Shown here: one piece after another, positions 51,104 through 59,667 of the stretch
Layout: each line of letters opens with the position of its first letter
Position numbering within the stretch: position 1 is the stretch's first letter
From: an uncultured Actinomycetes bacterium
GTDB taxonomy: Bacteria > Actinomycetota > Acidimicrobiia > IMCC26256 > JANYLB01
Reading direction: 5' to 3'
Length of the DNA stretch: 64,000 bases
NCBI GenBank assembly: GCA_963829475.1
Contig: CAWHIU010000003.1
Span: 17,196-81,195 of the forward strand
Program-made: the position numbers and the translations under genes
Notes under the pieces: generated by a model
Seen by the model: the letters and a program-made list of their open reading frames with translations, nothing else
The model's database searches: none
Told to the model about the DNA's origin: nothing

Positions 51104-51484
51104 ATGCTGGGATCCGAACGCATCGGTGCATTCGTCGCGACGACCGATGTCGACACGGCGCGAACCTTCTACGCCGAGATCTTGGGGCTGCGCCTCGTCG
51201 ACGACAACGCGTTCGCGCTCGCGTTCGATGCGAACGGCACGACCCTCCGGGTGAACCGCGTCGAGCAGGCGGTGGTCGCGCCTTACACGGTGTTGGGATG
51301 GGAGGTGACCGACATCGCCGCGACGGTCGCCGCGTTGGCCGGCCGCGGCGTGAGCATCCATCGATACGACGGGATGGATCAGGACGCCGACGGGATCTGG
51401 CGCTCGCCCGACGGAACGCTCGTGGCCTGGTTCGCCGATCCCGAGGGGAACACGTTGTCGGTCAGCCAGTCCTCGTCGAGCTGA
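51104..51484 (+). CDS. VOC / glyoxalase-family protein
   Basis: The ORF is an intact 126 aa. It contains FYAEILGL and WFADPEGNTLSV. Confidence 0.7.
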   Translation: MLGSERIGAFVATTDVDTARTFYAEILGLRLVDDNAFALAFDANGTTLRVNRVEQAVVAPYTVLGWEVTDIAATVAALAGRGVSIHRYDGMDQDADGIWRSPDGTLVAWFADPEGNTLSVSQSSSS

Positions 51485-51491
51485 CCGCCGA

Positions 51492-51734
51492 CTACTGGCG
51501 GTACTTCTCCACGGTCTCGGTGCCGCGTACCTCGGCGGCATCGGGGTCCTGGCCGAACTCGGCGCGGGCGCGACGCTGCCGCAGCAGATCCCAACACTGA
51601 TCGAGCGCGAGGCCGGCCTGCTGCAGCTCGGCCTTCTCGTCGTGGGTGAGCGCTCGCTTCGCTTCGGCTTGGCGCAACTCGTGTTCACGCGCTGCGAGCT
51701 CGTTGATGTGCCCGAGCACCTCGTGGTCGTTCAC
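51492..51734 (-). CDS. DUF2630 family protein
   Basis: The GTG at 51734 overlaps the orn stop as GTGA, with GAGAGGAGA upstream. The motifs [13 protein letters not shown] and [13 protein letters not shown] are characteristic of this family. Confidence 0.7.
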   Translation of the reverse strand: MNDHEVLGHINELAAREHELRQAEAKRALTHDEKAELQQAGLALDQCWDLLRQRRARAEFGQDPDAAEVRGTETVEKYRQ

Positions 51735-52319
51735 GGTGTCTCCTCTCGTTCGGCCGGCACCTCGCGCAACATCGCCGCGCGGTAGTACCGCATCTCCTCG
51801 ATCGATTCCCGGATGTCGTCGAGCGCGCGGTGGCTCTCGGCCTTGTCGGGCCGGCCCTTGTAGATCTCGGGATACCAGCGCCGACACAGCTCCTTGAACG
51901 ACGACACGTCGATGCTGCGGTAGTGCAGGTACTGGTCGACGGTCGGGAGGTACTGGTCGAGGAACCGGCGGTCGACGCCGATCGAGTTCCCGCAGAGCGG
52001 CGCCGTCCGGGGTGTCGGGACGTGGCGGGCGAGGTACTCGAGCACCTGCACGCCCGCGGCGTCGAGCGAGAGCGTCGACGCCTCGATCTGCGGGGAGCAG
52101 GCCGCTCCGGGTGTGCATCTTGACCACGAAGTCGTCCATCTCGGCGAGCGCTTCGGCCGGTTGGTGCACCACGAGGTCGAGTCCTTCGTCGACGATCTCC
52201 AGGTTCGAGTCGGTGATGAGCACCGCGATCTCGACGATGGTGTGCCGGTTCACCTCGAGTCCGGTCATCTCGAGATCGATCCAGACGAGGGGATCGGGAG
52301 GGGTCAGATCATCAGCCAC
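51731..52319 (-). pseudogene. orn: Oligoribonuclease, with a frame break near 52060-52100
   Basis: Motifs present are [23 protein letters not shown] and, after the shift, [12 protein letters not shown] and [18 protein letters not shown]. Confidence 0.85.
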
Positions 52320-52345
52320 CGCCGCACGCTACTAACCTCCCCGCC

Positions 52346-52952
52346 GTGCGCGACGAGGGACCCGTGCTGACGGGACCACGCTTGTTCCTCCGACCATTGC
52401 GGAGCTCCGACCACTGCCGCGTGGCGCGCGGTTCGGGAGCGAAGCCGTGACTGGCTCGAACCGTGGGAGCCCCTGCCCGAACCGGGCAGCCCCGATCCCA
52501 TCACCGACTTCGACGCGTTCCGGGCCCGCTGCGGCGCGTGGGACCGACAGCGCCACTTCGACTCCGCCTACGGGTTCGGGTTGTTCCGCCACGACAGCAC
52601 CCTCGTCGGGGAGGTCAGTCTCGGCAGCGTGCAGCGCGGTCCGTTCCAGGCCGGGTTCATCGGGTACTGGATCGATCAGGAACACGCCGGGCTCGGCTAC
52701 GTGCCCGAGGGCGTCGCGCTCATCATGCGCTACGGCTTCGACGACCTCCACCTGCACCGGCTCGAAGCGTCGATCGTCCCGCGCAACACGGCGAGCCGGC
52801 GGGTGGCCGAGAAGCTCGGCCTGCGTGACGAGGGCACCGCATTGCGGTTCCTCCAGATCCGTGGCGTCTACGAGGACCATGTGCGCTACGCGATCACCTC
52901 GGAGGAGTGGGAAGCCCGCCGCACCGAGATCACCGAACGCTTCCTGAGTTGA
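52346..52952 (+). pseudogene. GNAT N-acetyltransferase (RimJ/RimL-like), with two frame breaks in the first 200 nt
   Basis: The N-terminus RLFLRPLRSSD...WLEPWEP is split over frames. The intact core is in ORF 52581-52952 (GEVSLGSVQRGPFQAGFIGYWIDQEHAGLGY...LHRLEASIVPRN.AS.RVAEKLG). Confidence 0.7.
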
Positions 52953-52960
52953 CCGGCACT

Positions 52961-53025
52961 CGCCCCGATTCGCCGAGTCGGTGCGCTTCGCGGACCATAC
53001 GACCGCGAGGTGCACCAACGCGGGC
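52961..53025. repeat. Dispersed palindromic intergenic element, copy 2, lying between the convergent GNAT and enoyl-CoA hydratase genes
   Basis: The sequence cgccgagTCGGTGCGCTTCGCGGaccatacgaCCGCGAGGTGCACCAAcgcgggc is colinear with 38570-42 and about 85% identical. Its stem has two mispairs. Confidence 0.8.
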
Positions 53026-53027
53026 TC

Positions 53028-53768
53028 CTAGCTGAGGTCGAGCCACCCTTGGCGGAGGGACCAGACCTGACGCTGGAGCTCGACCGCGAGGTGGTCGTCG
53101 AACGACGTGGCCCACGGCGCTTCGCGGAGGCTCGCCTTGGTCGCGGCCACGAGCTCCGGAGGCGCGGTCGTGGCGCGCGCGGCGTATTCGATGCTCGCGT
53201 CGAGGAGCTCGTCGTCGGGAACGCAACGCCACGCGAGCCCGCGCTCGACGGCCTGCTGGCCGTCGAGCCGTTCGCGGAACAGCACGAGCGCGGCAGCCGC
53301 CTGAGGTCCGACGGCTCGTTCGAGCAGCCAGGTGTGACCACCGCCCGGATGGAGGCCGATCGTCAGGAAGCGGACGTCGAAGCGAGCACTCGCGCCCGCG
53401 ATCCGCACATCGCAGGCCAGCGCGAGGTTGAACCCGGCACCGACTGCGGGGCCGTTCACCGCCGCGACCGTCGGGAGCGGGGAGTCGAGGACTCGGAGGA
53501 AACCGTCGTAGATCTCGCGCACGGCGCCGGGGTCGTTGCCTTCTTGCTCGGTGTCGGCGAGCGCGGTGAGGGCAGCGAGGTCGGCACCGGCGCAGAACGC
53601 CGGCGCGGCGCCCGTGATCACGACGGCGCCGGTGTCGGGGTCGGCCTCGAGCGCGTCGAACGTCGAGACGATGTCGGCGACGAGAGCGGGCGTGAGCGCG
53701 TTCCGCCGCTCCGGTTCGTCGAGGGTGAGCACCGCCACCCGGTCGTGTCGATCGATGTGCAGCGTCAC
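53028..53768 (-). CDS. Enoyl-CoA hydratase/isomerase family protein
   Basis: The ORF is an intact 246 aa. Motifs present are AVVITGAAPAFCAGADL, AAVNGPAVGAG and GLHPGGG. Confidence 0.85.
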   Translation of the reverse strand: MTLHIDRHDRVAVLTLDEPERRNALTPALVADIVSTFDALEADPDTGAVVITGAAPAFCAGADLAALTALADTEQEGNDPGAVREIYDGFLRVLDSPLPTVAAVNGPAVGAGFNLALACDVRIAGASARFDVRFLTIGLHPGGGHTWLLERAVGPQAAAALVLFRERLDGQQAVERGLAWRCVPDDELLDASIEYAARATTAPPELVAATKASLREAPWATSFDDHLAVELQRQVWSLRQGWLDLS

Positions 53769-54834
53769 GGCCGGCCCCTCATGGATCGGCCGCGGTCATC
53801 GGATCGGTCCGGACGGCGCGGCGAGTGGCGGAAGAAGGTCTCGACGTCGCGCTCGTACCGGTACGACGGCTGGTTCTCGCCGATCACACGCTCGAGACGT
53901 AGCCCACGCGCGAACGCGTTCGACGGTACCGGCGGTCGTGTACTTGTATCGGTAGCCGGTGCGCTTGAAGCGACGGTTGTCGACCCCGCGTCCGTAGCGC
54001 AGGAGGCTGAGCATCTCCGGGTGGGAGGTCGATCACGCGGGCCAGGCGCAACGGCTCGACGGCCCAGTTGGTGAGCAGTGGTGGGAGCGGAACACGCGGC
54101 TTGCCGACGATCGCGCACACCTCGCTCCATGGCATCGTCCCGTCACCGCCGACGTTGTAGACGCCGGGCACGTCGTTCGTGGTCGCGAAGAGCAGCGCGC
54201 CTTCGACGTCGTCCTCGTGGGTGAACTGGAACTGCGGGTCGAAGCCGAAGACCTCCGGCACGGCCGGCATCCGCAATGCCTTCGAGAGCACGGTGTCGAT
54301 GTCGTCGCCGAGAACGTTCGAGAACCGCAGCTTGCTGACGGTCACGTGCGGGTTGTCCTCGGCGAAGTCGCGCAGGAAGGTCGCCGCTTCGGCGAGCGAG
54401 CGTTCGACGCCGGTTCGGGGCGCGCTGGTACGACTCATCTCCTCGCGGAACGAGTACGGGTCCTTGTAGCTCGCGCCGTAGACGAGGGTCGAGCTCTTGA
54501 CCACGACCTTGCGGACCGAGCTTCCGGCTGCGCCCGCGGCGGCGAGCAGGTTCATGGTGCCGATCACGTTGATCTCGTGCAACGCGCGTCCGGTGGTCGA
54601 CGTCGAGTCGACGAGCAGGTGCGTGTGCAGGATCGTGTCGATCTTCGCGGCCTGCACGATGCGCGACAGGATCGAATACGACGAGTCGGCGCGCACGAAC
54701 TCGGTGTGCTCGAGCGGCAGGCGCGGCTCGGTGGTGTCGAGACCGACGACGATCTCGACGTCGTCGCGTTGTTCGAGTTGCTGTGCGAGCCGGCTCCCCC
54801 AGAAGGTTCCGAGGCCGGTGACGAGGACGCGCAC
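53765..54834 (-). pseudogene. NAD-dependent epimerase/dehydratase family protein (GalE2-like), with 2-3 frame breaks in the last 300 nt
   Basis: It has MRVLVTGLGTFWGSRL and the Rossmann/extended-SDR layout. The C-terminus is recovered from ORFs 53796-54014 and 53765-54130. Its TGA overlaps the next gene's GTG. Confidence 0.75.
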
Positions 54835-54837
54835 GCG

Positions 54838-55785
54838 CTACCCGAACCACACGCTGCGACGAGTGCGCAGCATGTCGTAGAGCGCGAGCTGGATCTGCTC
54901 GCGGATCCTCTCCGACTCCTCCATCACCTTGCTGCGCGAGTACCGCTCCTGGTCGGGCTCGGCGTCGAGGTGGATCGGCGGGAGCACCCGCAGCTTGAAC
55001 TTGGCCGGGAAGTATGTGACCAGACCGGCCGGACCCATGAGCAGCATGTTGGCGGTCACGGGGAAGTAGGGGAGGTTGAGCAGCTTGGCGAGACGCTTGC
55101 TCTTCCAGAGGATCGGCATCGACTCCTCGGCACCGACCACCGCGATCGGAACGATCGGCACGCCGGCGCGCATCGCGATCTCCACGAAGCCGCCGCGCCC
55201 GAAGCGCCGCAGCTTGTAGCGGTCGCGGTATTGCTTGCCGGTTCCCTTGGTGCCTTCGGGGAACACGAGCACGAGTTGCTGCTCGTCGTGCAGGAGCCGG
55301 TACGCGTTGTCGGGGTGTGCGGGGACCCCACCCGTACGGCTCCAGAGCGTGCCGGCCACGGGGAGCGCGCGGAACAGGTTCTCCGCGAGGCCGTACACCG
55401 CGCGCTGGAGCTCGACCTCGAGGCCGTGCATGATCACCGGGGCATCCGAGGGGATCGCGGCGGCGTGGTTCGCGACGATCAGCGCACCACCGTCGGTGGG
55501 CACGTTCTCGAGGCCCTCCCACTCGGCCCGGAACCAGTACCGGTACATCGGGTCGTAGAGCGTGCGGGCGAGGGCCCGGACCCGTTCGCTGCGGCCCCAC
55601 GAGTCGACGTCGCCGCGGCGCAGCTCGGAATCGTCGGGTTGTTGATCAGACGCGCGCTCGACCTCGACCGGGACCGGCACGAGGGAACGTCCGACGGTGG
55701 TTGCCGGCTCGAGCGGGTTGTGACGCTCCGCGCGGTGCTCCTCGGCGACGAGGTTCACGACGGGGGGATCGGGCGGTTGGGTCAC
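54838..55785 (-). CDS. Lysophospholipid (1-acyl-sn-glycerol-3-phosphate) acyltransferase family protein
   Basis: The ORF is an intact 315 aa. It has the HX4D motif (VANHAAAIPSD), FPEGTKG and VPIVPIAV. It is paired with the epimerase, as in mycobacteria. Confidence 0.8.
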   Translation of the reverse strand: MTQPPDPPVVNLVAEEHRAERHNPLEPATTVGRSLVPVPVEVERASDQQPDDSELRRGDVDSWGRSERVRALARTLYDPMYRYWFRAEWEGLENVPTDGGALIVANHAAAIPSDAPVIMHGLEVELQRAVYGLAENLFRALPVAGTLWSRTGGVPAHPDNAYRLLHDEQQLVLVFPEGTKGTGKQYRDRYKLRRFGRGGFVEIAMRAGVPIVPIAVVGAEESMPILWKSKRLAKLLNLPYFPVTANMLLMGPAGLVTYFPAKFKLRVLPPIHLDAEPDQERYSRSKVMEESERIREQIQLALYDMLRTRRSVWFG

Positions 55786-56022
55786 CGACAGAGGAAACCG
55801 CGTCCGGGTGCCGCGTGCAAGGCGGAGGCGCTGGCCCTGGTCACTTGCTTGCTCGGGCTGCGCCGGTGACCTGCCATCCGCCGCCCCGCCTCGTTCCCGC
55901 CCCCTTGTCCTCCCCGTTCGTCGAACTTGTCGCGTCTCATGACCCCAGAGCGCGTCTCACGCGACAGGTTCGGGATTGGGTGGGAGGGCCATTGTGTCCC
56001 ACCCTCCTGCGAGGATCGTCCT

Positions 56023-56342
56023 CGATGGAAACGACTCCCCCTGCGTTGCGGTTCGCCGACGCAGCCCGCCGACTCTCGGCCGCCGCCCGTGCCTCGGGTC
56101 TCGCCGCCCCCGCGTTCCGCAGCCCTCCGCGTCTCAACGGCGCGGCCCGCACGATCCGGCGGTATCCGGGTGGTGCGGTGGTCTCGGTGCAGCTCCGGGG
56201 CCGGTCGTTCAACGAGGTGGCGTCCGACATGGTCGAAGGCGTCCTCGTGGCCAACGGGGTCGACGGTGAGGCGCGGGTGCGGCTCCGGGAGGTGTTCCGG
56301 GAGGCGATCGCCCCCGAACCGTCGAGCAGCGCGGCCGCGTAG
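56023..56342 (+). CDS. Hypothetical protein
   Basis: The ATG at 56023 opens a 106-aa ORF (METTPPALRFADAARRL...DMVEGVLVANGVDGE). I recognise no family. Confidence 0.45.
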
Positions 56343-56377
56343 GCGGGCGCAGGGGTTCAGCGCGCCAGACTGTACGG

Positions 56378-57019
56378 ATGAGTTCCGACGGCCGAGCCGC
56401 TCCCAAGGAGAAGCTCCGGCTCGCCTTCTGGACCCATCAGATCGTCGAGTACCTCCTCGCCGCGCTCATCCTCACGCAGAGCATCAACGGAGGTGACGCG
56501 GCACCGTTCATCGCGGTCGCCGGCGGGATGCTCTTCGTGCTGGCCGCGGTCTCCGACGGACCGGTGAGCATTGCCCGGTGGGTCTCGCCGAAGCTGCATC
56601 GCGTGCTCGACTTCGTGGTCGCCGCTGCCCTCATCGCCGCGCCGATCGTCTCCGGCTCCACCGATCCGCTCGCATGGGCGCTGTGCCTGCTCGCCGCCGG
56701 AGCCTTGCTGTGGATCAACTGGCACACGCAATGGGCGCGGCCGGCGCGACGGTTGCGTCGCGCTGCTGCCCCTCCACCGCCGGTTTCGCAGCCCGAAGTC
56801 CCGAAGCCCGATGCATCGAAGCCCGATGCATCGAAGCCCGACATCCCGAAACCGGCTGCGGCGCCGTCGAAGGCGGCTTCACTCGGTGACTCTGCTCGAG
56901 CGCTCGGCGCGACCGTCGACCGGACCACCCGGGGCGCGTCACGCGCGGCCGGCCGGATCTACGGCCGTTCGAAGGCGCGTCGACCCGAGAGCGTCGAGAA
57001 GCCCGACGCCGACGCGTAG
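56378..57019 (+). CDS. Hypothetical membrane protein with Pro/Lys-rich repeat tail
   Basis: The ORF is an intact 213 aa. It has four predicted TM helices. Its tail carries (KPDAS)2-KPDIP-KPAAA, encoded by 15-bp repeats at 56804-56848. Confidence 0.5.
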   Translation: MSSDGRAAPKEKLRLAFWTHQIVEYLLAALILTQSINGGDAAPFIAVAGGMLFVLAAVSDGPVSIARWVSPKLHRVLDFVVAAALIAAPIVSGSTDPLAWALCLLAAGALLWINWHTQWARPARRLRRAAAPPPPVSQPEVPKPDASKPDASKPDIPKPAAAPSKAASLGDSARALGATVDRTTRGASRAAGRIYGRSKARRPESVEKPDADA

Positions 57020-57030
57020 CCTGCGCGAGA

Positions 57031-57115
57031 GCCCGGGTGGCGAAACGGCAGACGCAGGCGGCTTAAACCCGCCGGCTCCTTCGGGGGCGTACAGGTTCGA
57101 ATCCTGTTCCGGGCA
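57031..57115 (+). tRNA. tRNA-Leu (anticodon TAA)
   Basis: A hand-folded cloverleaf gives acceptor GCCCGGG/TCCGGGC, the anticodon arm GGCGG-CTTAAAC-CCGCC, a long variable arm, and the T arm ACAGG-TTCGAAT-CCTGT. Confidence 0.9.
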
Positions 57116-57146
57116 CACGAGCAGACGAATGCCCCCGAACCACTCT

Positions 57147-57186
57147 GGCGTCGCAGAGCCCTCAGATCTGAGGGCTCTGCGACGCC
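57147..57186. terminator. Perfect 40-bp palindrome (18-bp stem, GATC loop), acting as a bidirectional terminator between tRNA-Leu and padR
   Basis: The sequence is GGCGTCGCAGAGCCCTCA-GATC-TGAGGGCTCTGCGACGCC. The padR stop codon (57164-57162) lies inside it. Confidence 0.85.
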
Positions 57187-57737
57187 GAAGCGTTCACTGG
57201 CTCGTCCGGCGGGGTGGGCTGGTGGGTGCGGATCGCGGCGGCAAGAAACCGTCGGACCGCCTCGGCGGACTCGTGCCGCCAGATGTCGACGAGATCGGCA
57301 CGGGGATCTGCTGCTGCCGCGTCGAGCGCGGCGTAGATCGGTCGGAACGTGCGCTGCTGCTCTCGCAACAGCGGTCGCGCATCTCTCCCCGCGCGTTCGT
57401 TCAGCGCGAGCTTGAGCAGGAGGTCGGTCCGTACATCCCGGAGATGAAGGACTGGCGCGGCGAGCCACGTTTCGACCTCGCGACGGCCGGCCGCAGTCGG
57501 CGCGAAGATCGTCCGGCGTGGCCCTTGGCCGGGCTCGCTCCCGGTCGCGCGGAGGAGACGACGGGTGACGAGTGTGTCCATCGCGCGGTAGGCGAGGGGT
57601 CTCGAGAGGGACCAGATCCGTCCGATCTCACCCTCAGGCTTGAGACTGCGCACGATGGCCCACCCATGGGAGGGTCCTTCCGCGAAGAGCGCAAGGACCG
57701 CGTGCTCCCCGAGCGAGAGTGGCTTGGGCTCCGGCAT
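57162..57737 (-). CDS. PadR-family transcriptional regulator
   Basis: The ORF is an intact 191 aa. It has a winged HTH (LSLGEHAVLALFAEGPSHGWAIVRSL...SLSRPLAYRAMDTLVTRRLL). Confidence 0.8.
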   Translation of the reverse strand: MPEPKPLSLGEHAVLALFAEGPSHGWAIVRSLKPEGEIGRIWSLSRPLAYRAMDTLVTRRLLRATGSEPGQGPRRTIFAPTAAGRREVETWLAAPVLHLRDVRTDLLLKLALNERAGRDARPLLREQQRTFRPIYAALDAAAADPRADLVDIWRHESAEAVRRFLAAAIRTHQPTPPDEPVNASASQSPQI

Positions 57738-57740
57738 CGC

Positions 57741-57950
57741 TCAGTCGGCCGCGAGCATGACCTCGGTGGCCTTCACCAACACGGTGACGCTCTCACCAAC
57801 CCGAAAACCGAGCTCCTCTGCCGCCTCCCGCGTGATCGCGGCCGTGATGATGTCGCCGCCTCGGAGCGTGACCTTCACCGAGCTCATGATCTCGCCGTGT
57901 TTGACCTCGGCAACGGTTCCGGGAAGCTGGTTCCTCGTACTCAGACGCAT
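57741..57950 (-). CDS. mop: Molbindin (Mop / TOBE-domain molybdate-binding protein), 69 aa
   Basis: The peptide is MRLSTRNQLPGTVAEVKHGEIMSSVKVTLRGGDIITAAITREAAEELGFRVGESVTVLVKATEVMLA, which matches the canonical Mop pattern. A GAGGAG RBS lies 8 nt upstream of the ATG at 57950. Confidence 0.85.
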   Translation of the reverse strand: MRLSTRNQLPGTVAEVKHGEIMSSVKVTLRGGDIITAAITREAAEELGFRVGESVTVLVKATEVMLAAD

Positions 57951-58118
57951 CGTCGACTCCTCGTTCGGGATTGTGACACCCACCGGTGCTCGGGACTCAT
58001 CGGTGTGGGCTTCGCTGGAGCAATGGAGGTCTCGTCCCGACGCGCGCTGGCGGCGACCCGGGCCGTTGTCGTCCCGTACTGACTACCATCCCGGGAACAC
58101 GAGCGTGGAGGTGCATCA

Positions 58119-59573
58119 GTGAAAGTCCACGACAAGCTGTTCATCGGTGGCGAATGGGTGACACCGGCGACGAGCGACACCATCGATGTGGTCTCACCCC
58201 ACACGGAGGAGGTCATCGCCCGGGTCCCGGCGGCGTCGACCGCCGATGTCGACCGAGCAGTCGGCGTCGGTCGGGCTGCGTTCGACGACGGCGACTGGCC
58301 GCGGTGGTCACCGGAAGATCGAATCGCGGCGGTGCAGCGTTTCGCCGAGATCTACGCGGCGCGTCTCGGAGAGATGGCGGAGATCATCACTGCAGAGATG
58401 GGCTCGCCGATCTCGTTTTCGAATCTCGGCCAAGCCCCCGCCGCGTGGATGATCCTCAACACGTTCGTCGGCATCGCTCAGCAGTTCCCGTGGGAGGAGC
58501 GCCGCACCGGAATGCTCGGCTCCGATGTCATCGTTCGGCACGAACCGGTCGGTGTCGTCGCGGGGATCGTTCCGTGGAACGTCCCCCAGTTCGTGACGAT
58601 CTCGAAGCTCGCGCCCGCGCTGCTCGCCGGATGCACGATCGTGCTCAAGCCGGCTCCGGAGACGCCGCTCGACGCGTATCTGATGGCAGAGATTCTCGAA
58701 GCGGCCGACATCCCCAAAGGAGTGGTGTCGGTGCTGCCCGCCGGTCGAGAGGTCGGTGAGCATCTCGTTCGCCACGCCGGGATCGACAAGGTTGCGTTCA
58801 CCGGCTCGACCGCGGCCGGCCGTCGGATTGCCGCGATCTGCGGTGAGCAACTCAAGCGCGTGAGCCTCGAGCTCGGTGGCAAGTCCGCCGCGATCGTCCT
58901 CGACGATGCTGATCTCGCGGCAACGGTCGAAGGCCTCAAGTTCGCGTCGCTGATGAACAGCGGCCAGGCGTGTGTCGCCCAGACTCGGATCCTCGCGAGC
59001 CGTAGTCGGTACGACGAGGTCGTCGATGCGCTCGCGGGAATGGTCGGTTCGCTTCAGGTCGGTGATCCGACCGATCCCGCCACCGAGATCGGCCCGCTCG
59101 TCGCGAGACGTCAGCAGGAGCGCGTCGAGAAATACATCGCCCTCGGCCAGGAAGAGGGGGCACAGGTAGCGGTGGGCGGTAGCGGCCGTCCCGCCGGCGT
59201 GGATCGCGGGTGGTACGTGCAGCCCACTGTGTTCTCCCACGCGACGAACGACATGCGGATCGCACGGGAGGAGATCTTCGGCCCGGTTCTCACCGTGATT
59301 CCCTACGACGATGTGAACGATGCAGTAGCGATCGCGAACGACAGCGAGTACGGCTTGGCCGGCTCCGTGTGGACGAGCGATGTCGAACAGGGTCTCGACA
59401 TCGCTCGACGCGTACGGACCGGCACCTACGCCGTCAACCAATACTCGATGGACTTCATGGCGCCATTCGGCGGATACAAGGCTTCGGGAGTCGGGCGGGA
59501 GTTCGGGAGAGAGGGCCTCGACCACTATGTGGAGTGCAAGTCGATCATTCCACCGGCCGCAGTTGCGAGCTGA
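58119..59573 (+). CDS. NAD(P)-dependent aldehyde dehydrogenase
   Basis: The ORF is an intact 484 aa. Motifs present are VPWNVPQ, FTGSTAAGR, LELGGKSA, the catalytic Cys in NSGQACVAQTR, and EEIFGPV. Confidence 0.9.
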   Translation: MKVHDKLFIGGEWVTPATSDTIDVVSPHTEEVIARVPAASTADVDRAVGVGRAAFDDGDWPRWSPEDRIAAVQRFAEIYAARLGEMAEIITAEMGSPISFSNLGQAPAAWMILNTFVGIAQQFPWEERRTGMLGSDVIVRHEPVGVVAGIVPWNVPQFVTISKLAPALLAGCTIVLKPAPETPLDAYLMAEILEAADIPKGVVSVLPAGREVGEHLVRHAGIDKVAFTGSTAAGRRIAAICGEQLKRVSLELGGKSAAIVLDDADLAATVEGLKFASLMNSGQACVAQTRILASRSRYDEVVDALAGMVGSLQVGDPTDPATEIGPLVARRQQERVEKYIALGQEEGAQVAVGGSGRPAGVDRGWYVQPTVFSHATNDMRIAREEIFGPVLTVIPYDDVNDAVAIANDSEYGLAGSVWTSDVEQGLDIARRVRTGTYAVNQYSMDFMAPFGGYKASGVGREFGREGLDHYVECKSIIPPAAVAS

Positions 59574-59588
59574 CGACCTGTTTGTGCG

Positions 59589-59623
59589 GACGCGATCAGT
59601 CGCTGTCCCAGGTTGATCGCGTC
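59589..59623. terminator. Hairpin between the convergent aldehyde dehydrogenase and peptidase genes
   Basis: The sequence GACGCGATCA-N15-TGATCGCGTC forms a perfect 10-bp stem. Confidence 0.7.
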
Positions 59624-59667
59624 GGGCCCCTTCAGGCGCAATCGACGCGACCGTGCTGAGACTCCGG

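Noticed and set aside
55900-56022. Small inverted repeats upstream of the 56023 gene (TGTCGCG...CGCGACA and GGGTGGGA-N11-TCCCACCC), considered as a riboswitch or operator.
   Set aside because: The stems are short (7-8 bp), of a kind expected by chance in GC-rich DNA. I recognise no conserved motif. They may be an operator, but nothing in the sequence alone supports a specific call.
57951-58118. A Moco riboswitch upstream of mop.
   Set aside because: The leader contains a CCGAGC string and a GAGGAG RBS. However, the order and spacing of elements do not fit what I remember of the Moco RNA motif, where the conserved CCGAGCC lies near the 5' side and CCUCC at the 3' end. I could not fold a convincing multi-stem structure by eye. 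A cmsearch would settle it.
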